A stretch of 63,968 nucleotides of DNA, filler included, from Octopus bimaculoides (GCF_001194135.2; 11 parts of 9 records of this genome joined end to end with filler, not necessarily neighbours in it); one strand, 5' to 3'. Shown: positions 12,230 through 24,499, counted from the first letter of the whole stretch. Notes: generated by a model not told the origin, from the letters alone. A program made the numbers and translations.

Positions 12230-12461
12230 CACGATGTCCCAAAAGTAGATTTACAGCTATTCAACTATCTCTTAACATTCATATATTAATGGTTTAGATT
12301 TTAAGTATAAAAACTATGAAACCAGTATTCTGTGCTATTTTAGTTAATTATGTCGAGCTCCCTTTTCAGTTTGTAAGATAGAAATTTAAATGTAATAAAA
12401 CGTTTAAAAGAAATTTATAGTGCCTACGTGATAACTGTAAACCTACTTTGGGCCCACCCTG
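12230..12461. mobile_element. Tc1/mariner-type MITE, decayed
   Basis: Right end acctactttgggcccaccctg|ta is an imperfect inverse of left cacgatgtcccaaaagtagat. Confidence 0.4.
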
Positions 12462-12555
12462 TATACATACACACATATATATTTATATGAGTGGACAATC
12501 AAATGAAATGGCATTGAACACACCAACACAGTTACTACGAGTTACATGTAATATT

Positions 12556-12763
12556 TTCTTTTCTGCTCTAGGCCCGAAATTTTTGGGGAGTGGGGCCAGT
12601 AGATTAGATCGACACCAGTATGCAACTGGTACTTAATTTATCGATCCCGAAAGGATGAAAAGCAAAGTCGACCTCGGCGGAATTTGAACTCAGAACCTAG
12701 ATAGAGACAGACGAAATTCCGCTAAGCATTTTGTACGTGCAAACGTTTCTGCCAGCTCGCCGT
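12556..12763 (-). mobile_element. SINE family B with ~16-bp TSD
   Basis: Well-preserved reverse-complement copy; flanked by gttacatgtaatattt (12541) and gttacatgcaatattt (12767). Confidence 0.9.
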
Positions 12764-12939
12764 TTTGTTACATGCAATATTTCATAACAGTTTGATTCGG
12801 TTCCATGCAAGTTAGATTTTCGTGGGCTTGTAAAACGAACCTGGCTTTTCGGGTTTAGGTAACAGAAATCTGAGGAGCTTGGTTCGTTTTACGAGTCCGC
12901 GAAACTTTCACTTGAAAGGAGCCGAACCAAACTGCTACA

Positions 12940-12972
<33 letters not shown>

Positions 12973-13185
12973 AGTTACTACTACTACTGGTGCTGCTGCC
13001 ACTGCTACAGCTGCTGCCGCTGCCGCTGGTGCTGGTGCTGTTACTACTACTACTACTACTGCTACTACTACTACTACTACTACTACTGCTGCTGCTGCTG
13101 GTGCTGCCGCTGTTTGTGTTGCTGGTGCTGCTACTGCTGCTACTACTACTACCTCTGCTACTACTACCTCTGCTGCTGCTGCAGT

Positions 13186-13218
<33 letters not shown>

Positions 13219-13286
13219 CACTACTACTACTACTACTACTGCTACTACTACTACTACTACTACTACTGCTACTACTACTACTACTA
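12940..13286. repeat. Compound (CTA)n/(CTG)n trinucleotide array
   Basis: Direct reading; source of the poly-L/V/Y ORFs. Confidence 0.95.
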
Positions 13287-13906
13287 TGTTAATATATATA
13301 TATGTGTTTCTATGTATGTGTATATATATAAACATATACATATGCACATATAAATCTACATATATTCATACACACATAGGGTCCAAAATACATATGCATG
13401 CTCAAAAATATGATGTGTGTTCAACTTTGCGTTTAAAACGAATGCGTTTGTCTAAATGTGCCTGTATATAACTACCTATTTGTATTCATATATGAAGGCG
13501 ATTGCATGCATTCATATGTGTGTCTACTTTTAACGACATACTCCATACCAAGCATCCAAAGCTGGATAGTAAATTGATTGATGTCTGTCATTTTCTCGTT
13601 AACAGATCTTCAGCCAGCTAGCATCTCTTTAATGCCGGTGACCTATACATACCATTTCCGCCAACACACTGACCATGCAAACAGCTCTATGGCACTTTAG
13701 TTCTATCAAGTCCTGATTTTTATAGACAATGATTCTATCGGATCGGATCAGAAGTGGCTTAGCTTAACAATGGTTCCTTCTGTCATTACACGTCATTATT
13801 CATGTGGACAATAGAGAAAACTACAAGGAGACATATTGAGAGATACTGCTTGGTTATCTGGTGCAGTCTTGACATTCTCGTTATAAAATATCATATCATA
13901 TCGTAT

Positions 13907-13978
<72 letters not shown>

Positions 13979-14025
13979 AAAATATATATAATGTTTGTAT
14001 GTATGTATATAAGTATGTATGTGTT

Positions 14026-15687
14026 GCGGCCATGCTGATGCACCACCATGTTGCTGCACTGTTATTACAGGGAGCCTCTTACAATATGTGGCACTTGGTG
14101 AAGAATGGAGTTTGATTTAGCACCCTCATTTGCACCTCCTGCCGCGAGGTAGGTTCATCTGGGACTCTCGATAGGAAGAGGTCCAGCTTTGATTTAAAAA
14201 CTCCTACATCTACTTTGTGCAGATTCCTCAGGCTCTTTGGGAGAATATTAAAAAGCTGTGGGCCCCTGAATCCCAAGCTGTTGCAGTAACTGGTCCTGAA
14301 GCGCGATGGCATTGCTGGGATCTTTGGCACTATGCAGTGTCGTCCCGTTCTGGCATTGGTGCAACTTTCANNNNNNNNNNNNNNNNNNNNNNNNNNNNNN
14401 NNNNNNNNNNNNNNNNNNNNNNNNNNNNNNNNNNNNNNNNNNNNNNNNNNNNNNNNNNNNNNNNNNNNNNNNNNNNNNNNNNNNNNNNNNNNNNNNNNNN
14501 NNNNNNNNNNNNNNNNNNNNNNNNNNNNNNNNNNNNNNNNNNNNNNNNNNNNNNNNNNNNNNNNNNNNNNNNNNNNNNNNNNNNNNNNNNNNNNNNNNNN
14601 NNNNNNNNNNNNNNNNNNNNNNNNNNNNNNNNNNNNNNNNNNNNNNNNNNNNNNNNNNNNNNNNNNNNNNNNNNNNNNNNNNNNNNNNNNNNNNNNNNNN
14701 NNNNNNNNNNNNNNNNNNNNNNNNNNNNNNNNNNNNNNNNNNNNNNNNNNNNNNNNNNNNNNNNNNNNNNNNNNNNNNNNNNNNNNNNNNNNNNNNNNNN
14801 NNNNNNNNNNNNNNNNNNNNNNNNNNNNNNNNNNNNNNNNNNNNNNNNNNNNNNNNNNNNNNNNNNNNNNNNNNNNNNNNNNNNNNNNNNNNNNNNNNNN
14901 NNNNNNNNNNNNNNNNNNNNNNNNNNNNNNNNNNNNNNNNNNNNNNNNNNNNNNNNNNNNNNNNNNNNNNNNNNNNGAGACTTTTGTATCGTCTGCGTAG
15001 CTTGCAAGAGTGGCTATCCGGGCACTTGAAGGCATATCTGAGAGAGCGACTATAAAAAGCAATGGTCCCAAGACAGTACCCTGTGGAATACCGCTCATTA
15101 TTTGTGTTTTCATAGAGGTGGCTCCATTAGCCACTACTGCCTGACTTCTATCTTTCAGAAAGTCATGTAACCACTCTCCAAGTTTTCCAGCTATGCCAAG
15201 ATTACGCAGTTTGTGGCATATCATACCATGATCCACTTTGTCAAAAGCTTTTGCAAAATCAAGGTATATTACGTCCACATTTGAGTTGTTGAGTAACTGC
15301 CTCAACACCCAGTCGTAATGTTGTAAGAGCTCCTACCTGGTCGAAAGCCATGTTGGGTATCACTGAGCAATTTATTTTCTTCAAGGAATGCGATTAGTTT
15401 TCCTCTGATTATCCTTTCCATGACTTTGCTGATGTGTGAAGTCAGAGAGATAGGCCTATAGTTTTTGGCATCTGCTCTGCTTCCCCCTTTATGGATTGGG
15501 CATATTATTCCCTCCTTCAGCTTGCTTGGCAGTCTTCCGTTTGCGAGAAAGCTCTGGAAGAGGATCTGGAGGGGTTTTGCCAGGGCATGCTTACACGATT
15601 TAAGGAGGATTGCTGGGAAACCATCAGGGCCAGCAGTTGAGTTTGTGTCCACTTCATGTATAGCTAGTAGTACATCTTCTTCGCTAA
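14026..15687 (-). mobile_element. CR1/L2-type LINE, RT domain and 3' end (gapped, frameshifted)
   Basis: AGPDGFP..KNYRPISLTSHISKVMERI..QHGFRPGRS; VDVIYLDFAKAFDKVDH; GIPQGTVLGPLLF; YADDTK. Confidence 0.93.
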
Positions 15688-16335
15688 NNNNNNNNNNNNN
15701 NNNNNNNNNNNNNNNNNNNNNNNNNNNNNNNTTAATTAATTAANNNNNNNNNNNNNNNNNNNNNNNNNNNNNNNNNNNNNNNNNNNNATATAAGAAAAGT
15801 ATGAGTTCAGCGATCACACACATACAAGTGTTATGGAATGGAGTAGGAAAGATCCGGGCTACATATATTTTTATTATAGCTTCACACACACAGACAGTCA
15901 CACTTGCATATGAGAATGGTTTTATTCATTTTCACGCGCATGCGCGTACACACACACATGAAGAAATGTAGTTAGAAATATATTTGGAGTCTAAGAAGTT
16001 TTATTTAGATGACCTTGAGTACATTCCCAATTTCATGATTTTCAAGGGTTGGGTGAGAGATAGAAACGTGGAGCTATGCTGCAACTGTTTCATCTTATAT
16101 ATACACCCCACATATCATATTTATATTTCTATCTAATTTATACAACTCTCAGTATTTCTAGACATTTGTTTGACGACACATCGCATGTGTGGGAGTTGAA
16201 CTGGTTCCAACCGGCTATTGAACGTGAACTCGCGTCATTTTAGCCCAGAATTTTTTTCAGATTTCAAATTTGGTGTGTCTAACAGTTTTTGCTTGTGCTA
16301 ATGTGTGTGTCTCTGTGTATGTGTGTCTATCTGTA

Positions 16336-16388
<53 letters not shown>

Positions 16389-16618
16389 TTATCTGTCTGT
16401 CTGTCTGTCTGTTTATCTGTCTATCTGTCTGGCTCTATCAATCTGTTTATCTATCTGTCTGTCTCTCTATATCTATCTGTCTAAGTATCTGCACATACAT
16501 ATATACATACTTACATATCAGGTGAGGCATATAAATTTACCCATTATTTAAACATAGTAATTTACCAATCAAACATAAATTGAAACATACTTATTCGCAA
16601 AAATATTTGCACGTGTCG

Positions 16619-16790
16619 TACGAGGGGGGGGGGGCTGAAAAGTTCCTGGCTTTTAAGGGTATCACGAAAGGCCTGGCTGGAGGCCCAGTCTTCCGAGTTC
16701 TTTTACTGGGCTTAGAAGAACTGAAGGACCACTGCAATAAGCGAGAACCCGAGAGGGGAATATGTTGAATAAAATCATAATTAACTGATC
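16619..16790 (+). mobile_element. Mariner-derived fragment or MITE end
   Basis: TA-cgaggg..gctgaaaagttcc mariner-type TIR start; internal gaagaactgaaggaccactgcaataa..ggggaatatgttgaataa resembles a transposase C-terminus. Confidence 0.55.
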
Positions 16791-17216
16791 GAATTTTTCA
16801 GCATCATCTCGTCTAACATCTTTCTAGCATCTTTTTGTTTTATTGTTTACCATTTATTGAATATGGCGGCTTAAATGAGACGTGAACGAATTGTATCATT
16901 GAAAATGGCTGGTATAAAGAATTGCGAGGTGAAAATTAAAAGAATTAAGGGTATGGTGAAATCAAAGACTAGTCATTTTGAATTGTAAATACATGTAAAA
17001 TATTATCAATAAGAATCAACTCGTAAAATTTCATTTACCAAAAACCTAAAACTTTTTATTTTATGATAATATGAATANNNNNNNNNNNNNNNNNNNNNNN
17101 NNNNNNNNNNNNNNNNNNNNNNNNNNNNNNNNNNNNNNNNNNNNNNNNNNNNNNNNNNNNNNNNNNNNNNNNNNNNNNNNNNNNNNNNNNNNNNNNNNNN
17201 NNNNNNNNNNNNTAAT

Positions 17217-17250
<34 letters not shown>

Positions 17251-17511
17251 GAAATATAGCTATTTTGTCTGTCTTGTGGTCACCCCCTCTGCACCGTCTG
17301 TGAACATTTCACATAGCATTAATAGATCTTTCTCCAATGAATGTCTCCTCCCTCTCTCTGAATGTCAATTTTCATTTTAAATTTCTCTGTATCTGGCAGC
17401 CTATTTCGCTCTCTACCTCATAAATATGCATATAATACGTTCCGTTACGTTGCAATGTGAGACGCATTAGCTGCCGGATTTCGTATCGGAGAACAATTCT
17501 TCTTTCCACAG

Positions 17512-17603
17512 ACTGTGTATAAACACATCGAACCGGGCTCCAGTTTACGTTAACAAACTACAGAATATGGTGTTCTGGTGTGATTTCGCCTCCTCAGTGA
17601 CAG
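17512..17603 (+). other. Candidate 92-bp exon (LCINTSNRAPVYVNKLQNMVFWCDFASSVT)
   Basis: Strong acceptor ttcttctttccacag, donor CAG|gtacca (weak), one open frame, CpG-richer unique island. Confidence 0.22.
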
Positions 17604-17720
17604 GTACCACGACAGTTATTTTGAGCTAACCCGGAACTTCTGTTTCTGTAAGCAGAAAACGTTTAACAATACATTCGCGTTTGTTAAACCTCAGTACAGA
17701 CTAGAAAATATATCATTTGT

Positions 17721-17751
<31 letters not shown>

Positions 17752-18354
17752 GGAACAGAAATTTCAGCTTAACACTAAATGTCTTAGGCGGTGTCTGCTA
17801 CTGAAGAAGTCAATAGTGTCGAAACCCAGTGTTTGGTAGTCTGCTGGCGTCACATAGAGCTTGGTTCCATGTGTTTTACTTATACTCGATTTTTCTCCGA
17901 GACTATTATGCTCTAAACATGTGTGTGTGTATTTAGTTTTTTAGTCACTGGACTGCGGCCATGCCGGTGCATCACCTATATATATATATATGCATGTTTG
18001 TGTTATTATCTTGTATCCCTAATCTTCCTCTCTCGATTACCACTTTTACGATATTATTGCAAGTGTTTCTTTTCTATCTATCTATCTATCTCTAGCTATC
18101 TATCTAGCTATATATATCCCTTTCGTTTCACACTTATACTCTAATAGATGCTGTACTCATGATATTTGGCACATCTCGTTGTTCTTTCATCTCCTACTTA
18201 AGACATCATAGGAATATTGTTACTTTTTATGTGCATATATATATATGTATGCATGACTGTATATATGTGTGTTTGCATTTACGTATGTATACCAACATCT
18301 ATCTATATATGTGCATGCCATATGTATGAATATAGAAATGTGTGTTTGCATGCG

Positions 18355-18399
<45 letters not shown>

Positions 18400-18625
18400 G
18401 ATCTATTGACATACTATCTACACACCATCGTATTCATGTATCTAAGTATGAAATTGAGATTTTATAAGCAATTATGCACATTCTCGCATTGTACACACAT
18501 ATGTATACATGTTACTTGTTTATGAATATATATGTGTATATGTGTGTGTGTATGTGCGTATATATATATACACACACACACAAATATATAGGAGCTCGTG
18601 CGTGTGGTTCGGTTTTTCTCTATCC

Positions 18626-18663
<38 letters not shown>

Positions 18664-18777
18664 ATNNNNNNNNNNNNNNNNNNNNNNNNNNNNNNNNNNN
18701 NNNNNNNNNNNNNNNNNNNNNNNNNNNNNNNNNNNNNNNNNNNNNNNNNNNNNNNNNNNNNNNNNNNNNNNNNNNNN

Positions 18778-18810
<33 letters not shown>

Positions 18811-18939
18811 CAAAGACATTATCCATCAGTATGAATTCTCTGTGGTTCGTAACTCTTTCTCACTCCTCCTCCACACCTTCACACCTCCTCCACACCTTCA
18901 CACCTCCTCTTATCATTACACTTACAATGTTCCTAACAT

Positions 18940-19661
18940 TGATTACCACTATCAACATCATCACTACCATTACTAAATCGCCAGCCTCTCCCTCCCCCCA
19001 CCAACACTGCCATTATTGTCATCATCTCCATCATCACACCGCTATCCACACTAGCATCACTTCCAGTAGTAGCACTACAATGATGATGATGATGATGATG
19101 ATTATGATAAATGTCGTTACCGTGGTTGTCGTCGTCGTCGTCATCGTCGTTTTCATCGTCGTCGTCATCATTATCAGTATCTTCACTACCAGCATCAGCG
19201 TCATCATCATTATCATCAACATAACCATTGCCATCACGAATCCCACCACCAGCGTAAATGTCCCAACGACCACCAGCAACACCACAGCCAATACTACAAC
19301 TAATAGCACAGTCAACATTAGAACGAACGTCACCACCGCCCCCGCCGCCAACACAACAGACATAACCACCACCAGCACCACTACCACCAGCACCACTACC
19401 ACCAACATGCAACTATTATCACTATAGGAACCTTTATGAGATTATGCGACTTCCTAGAAATGGCAGCTCGATCTCCCCCAAATGACTGCCAATATTTTCA
19501 AAAAGTGAAGAACCTTGCATAGTGTAGTGTTGGATATCCCGCAAACATACATACACAACTACTACCAATACTACAAATTCAACCACCCTCAACACGACGA
19601 CGACGACCACGACGACGACGACGACGACGACCACCACCACCACCACCACCACCACCACCAC
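18940..19661. repeat. Compound CAT/CAC/GAC trinucleotide low-complexity region
   Basis: Direct reading. Confidence 0.9.
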
Positions 19662-21046
19662 NNNNNNNNNNNNNNNNNNNNNNNNNNNNNNNNNNNNNNN
19701 NNNNNTTAATTAATTAANNNNNNNNNNNNNNNNNNNNNNNNNNNNNNNNNNNNNNNNNNNNAAATAAAAATGAAAGATCTGACCAAAACTGGAAAACTGG
19801 AACATTAGTCACGTTTTTAATCAACAATGTCTGGAAAACATAAAAAGAAAGAAAGAGAAAATAGTTGGGTAGAGTAAATATTTTTAATGATGCGAATAGA
19901 GCAGATTATATTCTAGTTTTCCTTCTGTCTGTTTGCTAGAGCAATTACACAAGGTTACTGTAAGTGTAAGTAACATGAGAGGAAAGTATAGCGTAAGAGA
20001 AATTGAAAGCGAGGAATCCGATGAATATCATTTAGTTTATGATAACAAACAATAAGTTACATTTCATTAAATAGGACTGGAACCATTGACGGCTTATCCC
20101 ACCACCACCACTCGCACCACTACCACCACCATCCTTTGTGTGAGATGGGAGTCTGTCTGCCTCTGTGTATGAGTGTGTATATTTACAATGCTTAGCCATT
20201 TGTATTGGTTTCTTTGATAGATTCAGCTGACCGGTCCAATGAAATTAAATTGAAAAGTTTCCACAAGTTGCTTTTCTTAAAGTTTTCACCTGATCTGGAA
20301 GCTTATACAGCAATGCAACAAAAACAGGGAATACTGTTTTCTTAATTAAGCAAATGTTTGCAGAGCTTTGATGTGGGTGATTGAATAGACGCCAGTATGT
20401 TCCTTATATATACATTTTTACCTCTCAGGAGAAGGAAAGGTTAAAGTCGAGCCCTGAAGGATTTTAACTCAAATTTTGTATGGAGATAATTATTTTAAGA
20501 TTCCAAACTCACAAGGCTGATATGCTCTAAGTTCATTTCTAATGTCTGCTTGTCAATGCCTCTGTGGAAACCGTTCCTGTAGGACTGGACTACATTTCTA
20601 GGGAAAATGTTTGAGAAAAGTAGTTAGCGTGGATTAGGGTTAGTAAGACAAAACAGAAATGAGAAGAGGAAGAAAAGATAGTGGCATACAACTTAAAAGT
20701 TTAGTTAACTAGAAGTTGTTATAGTAACAATAAAAAATGCAAATGAAGGATATAGTTTGTTGGTTCACTGATGATTGTAATTAGTAATGGTTGTAGTCTT
20801 GGTAAATGAAAGTTTACCAAAGAATCCGTTGATTATTCTGAATGCGGTCTAGGATATTAGCGTGCGTAGAAACAGTATCGTTCCATTATGTAAGAAAGGT
20901 TTTAATATTGGGTTCATTGGAGTCTTGTTTAGGATCAGCGAATATTTAGAGAAGTGGTTTCTAATCCTGCAGAAAAGACATAGGCTTGAGATGCAGATTT
21001 CACTTAGTCGTAGATATGAGGTCGCTATGAAACTAAATATCCATAT

Positions 21047-21620
21047 AGGATCTTTTTTAAAACGGGGACCACATTTTTCATTAATGTTTTACGTAGTGTT
21101 TTTGGTACCGAAAGACTTTCAAACTTCGTATACTTATCTATTTTGTGTTATAGAACAGAAAAATATTTTTGTATTCGAATTTATTTCATGTAAAAAAATG
21201 TCTTATTTCGATAATTTCAACCAATCACTGACGTCCATTCAGCCGATATACATTAAGTGCCGACTACATAAACAAACGATTCTTCGTTTTATTTGCTTTT
21301 TTCATTTTAAATTTGCTTTAACCCTAAGCCTAAGCCTAACCCTAACCCTAGGGTTAGGGTTAGGGTTAGGGTTAGGGTTAATTGTTTCAGAATCGTTTGT
21401 TTATGTAGTCGGCACTTAATGTATATCGGCTGAATGGACGTCAGTGATTGGTTGAAATTACAGAAATACGACAACTTTAACATGGATAACTTATGGATTT
21501 CTTTTTTTTTTTAAGAAGACTAAGAGAAAAAGATGTTTTATATGACACATTCTACCAGTGTTCCAAGTTTCAAAGTGTTTCGTTAATGAAAAATGTGGCC
21601 CCCGTTTTAAAAAAGATCCT
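21047..21620. mobile_element. 574-bp non-autonomous TIR element with 6-bp TSD and telomeric-repeat core
   Basis: TIRs 21047-21084 and 21583-21620 (38 bp, 1 mismatch); TSD ccatat at 21041-21046 and 21621-21626; perfect inner 72-bp IR; central (CCCTAA)/(TTAGGG) palindrome. Confidence 0.9.
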
Positions 21621-22829
21621 CCATATACACTAAAGTTTTATTTGGCCAATTTACCTCTCTACCTATTTGAAAAAATACGTATCGATATATTTCAAGGCCC
21701 ATGTAGATAACTGAGACAATCAAAAGTTAAACTAAAATGCATTATCGTGTTTGCTCTTTTATTACTCGCGATCTATGCTCCTTTTCGTTTTTAAAGAAAT
21801 TCTTGGCGAGCACAGCTTGATAGTACTTTAGAGATATCCTTTGAATATTTACTGTGCTCCTTCATAACCTGTGTCTTTGTATCAAATGCCCTCTTTTAGC
21901 TAAGTGTTGCTCAAAGCACTTCGTAGAGGTCGATGTTTCTCAATTTGAAAACGAACTGGAATCTGTTTTGTCTATTGAATTTCGTACACCATTTCACTTT
22001 TATTCCAATATTGATCAACTGCTTACCCTGAAAAATCAATGTCTCACCTTGGTTCTATTTTCCTTCCTCTTCTACTCTATCGAATTGTAACTTTCTCCCT
22101 TTTGCTTTCTTTCTTCTCCAACTTGTACAAATAAATGTATTAGTCTATCTTTCTCTCCCTCTTAAACTTCCATGCATTTACGTTACACTCTCTCGCTCTC
22201 TGCTGCTATGTCTTTCTCACTCTCTCCCTCTCTGTCTGTTTGTTTCTCTCTCTCTCTTCCCCCTCTATCCCCCCTCTCTCACTTCACTCTTATTCATTTC
22301 CTCGTCTTTTGTTCTTTTCCTCTTGGTTCGATATTCGTTGTGATATATACACTTAAGTTCGCCGACATTGACTTCAATCAATTTTGTATTTATATGCAAG
22401 AATACTCTTATAATATATTTTCCCCTCGGCCTTCGTGTGTGTATGTGTGTGTGTGCTTCCGCTATTAAACCATTTTTTTTTTCAAGTCAGGGAACGTTTT
22501 ACAGTAACGCTATGCTGTTTAATGTTATGCCTTACTCACTCTTTCTTTCTGCTTCTTTTCGCCATACTGTCCCTCGTCTGCCACTAACTTCTTTTCTTAT
22601 TTTCTTTTTCTTTCTTCACATTATCTGTCTCTATCTTTACCTTCCTCTTCTAGTACATCTTATACTTTTCTCCTTTCTGTCTCTCACTTTTCTCATTTCA
22701 TTACTTTTATTTGTTTTTATCCTTATAACTTTTTTCAATCAGGACTTATGTATTTTTAAATGTTAAATCTTGCATTCTAAGCATTTAAATAATAACTTCT
22801 CCGTACTTATAAGCGCCATTTTCTTCAAA

Positions 22830-23257
22830 GCGTGGCTGTGGCTGTGTGGTTGGGAAGCTTGCTTCCACACCATGTGGTCTTCGGTTCAATTCCACTGCGC
22901 AGCACTTTGAGCAAGTGTCTTCCACTATAGCCCTGGGCTTACCAAAACCTTGTGAGTGGATTTTGGCAGGTGGAAACCAAAACAAGCCCGTCGTATATTT
23001 ATGTGTGTGTGTGTGTGTGTGTGTGTATACGTGCGTGTGCGCTTTTGTATTTGCGTTGTCTTTGTCCGCCCTCATGACTCCTTGACAATCGGCGTTGGTT
23101 TGTGACCCCCATAACTTAGCAGTTCACTAACAGATAGAATTAGTACCAGGCTTTTAAAAAAGGTAAATACTAGGGTCGATTTTTTTCGACTGAATACTTC
23201 AAAGAAGAGCTCAAGAATGTCCGTAGTCCAATGACCAAAACAACTAAAAGGTAAAAC
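22830..23257 (+). mobile_element. SINE family A
   Basis: Head, body, internal (GT)n and tail match the family. Confidence 0.85.
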
Positions 23258-23274
23258 ATGAAGATACAAAAAAT

Positions 23275-23345
23275 GGCGCAGGAGTGGCTGTGTGGTAAGT
23301 AGCTTGCTTACCTACCACATGGTTCCGGGTTCAGTCCAACTGCTT
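23275..23345 (+). mobile_element. SINE family A, tRNA-like head only
   Basis: ggcgcaggagtggctgtgtggtaagtagcttgcttacc...ggttccgggttcagtcc. Confidence 0.85.
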
Positions 23346-24043
23346 GGCAAGTAGCGATCGGCGGGCGTCGTCTGTCTTCTCCCATTAATATCATCTATTT
23401 TGTTTCATTCATCACATTTTTGTATATTGTCCAGCCCGCATTGCTTCTATGTAAAGACGCTTGTGGCTAATTTTATGAAATAAAGGGATATTATCCCATA
23501 TATACTGTTTAATCAGTATTTACGCGTTGAAAAATATATCTTTCTATTCGTACTACTATACATTTCAGCGCTTCAAAAACAAACTTAAATTTGTTTACAT
23601 ATGACGTAATTTATATATATACATATACACACGCTAATACACGACTTATAATACCCAATCCTGTTCATACAACGACTGGGGCAAACTAGTCGGTATACAG
23701 CACTTACTCGGTATTACCTGTATCCTCTTGGGTTTGGTTAAATCCAATGCCCTCCTCAACCTTATATANNNNNNNNNNNNNNNNNNNNNNNNNNNNNNNN
23801 NNNNNNNNNNNNTTAATTAATTAANNNNNNNNNNNNNNNNNNNNNNNNNNNNNNNNNNNNNNNNNNNNACAGTAACTGCACGATAAAGTGAAGTATATTG
23901 CCACTTAAGTGTGGCTGACCCCTAGGGGTGGATGTTACTGTTGCTTTTAGCCCCAGGAGGACATCTCCTCCAGCTGGCTTATCGACGCACTACTGTATCC
24001 TGTTTGCCAAGGGAAGTTATCCCTCCCATCATGATCTGTAGCA

Positions 24044-24088
24044 CGAACGGACCCGGGTTTCAGGGTTATTTCCCTTCGTCAGCGTCCG
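24044..24088 (-). ncRNA. Complete minimal type I hammerhead ribozyme
   Basis: Minus strand CGGACG-CUGACGA-AGGG AAAUAA CCCU-GAAAC-CCGG-GUC^CGUUCG; 6-bp stem I (one G-U), 4-bp stem II, palindromic stem III ACCCGGGU. Confidence 0.9.
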
Positions 24089-24499
24089 ATAGCCACTGGT
24101 CTTCGATGAGAGAGATAAATTCTTGGCAATCTTATGTATACTTTTCCAGTGAAATTCTTCACTTTTATCGAAAAGGTGAAAATAACCCTGAAACCTAGGT
24201 CCGTTCGTGCTACAGATCATGATGGGAGGGATAACTTCCCTTGGCAAACAGGACACAGTAGTGTGTCGTTAAGCCAGCTGGAGGAGATGTCCTCCTGGGG
24301 TTAAAAGCAACAGTAACATCCACCCCTAGGGATCAGCCACACTTCAGTGGCAATATACTTCACTTTATCATGCAGTTACTGTTAATACTTCATTTGGAGA
24401 ATTAACATTGCTTGTTTTCACCTTTTCGATATCAGTGAAGAATTTCACTGGAAAAGTATACATAAGATTGCCAAGAATTTATCTCTCTTATCAAAGATC

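Noticed and set aside
12870-12920. CUGAGGA...GAAAC hammerhead-like core within the 12791 hairpin
   Set aside because: No U-H cleavage triplet (reads GGA) and no stem I; pairing is better explained by the larger hairpin.
12879-13353. Poly-Leu/Val/Tyr, poly-Asp and poly-Thr ORFs here and at 18831-19661, 36729-37457, 38493-39022, 40516-40845
   Set aside because: Translations of trinucleotide arrays; no domain, splice or composition support.
17798-17841. CUGAAGA...GAAAC...GUA hammerhead core in the correct order
   Set aside because: Stem II has a mismatch and no stem I pairing can be drawn; probably chance or too decayed to call.
21318-21381. Chromosome end-to-end fusion scar
   Set aside because: Wrong repeat orientation, and it lies inside a TIR/TSD-bounded element.
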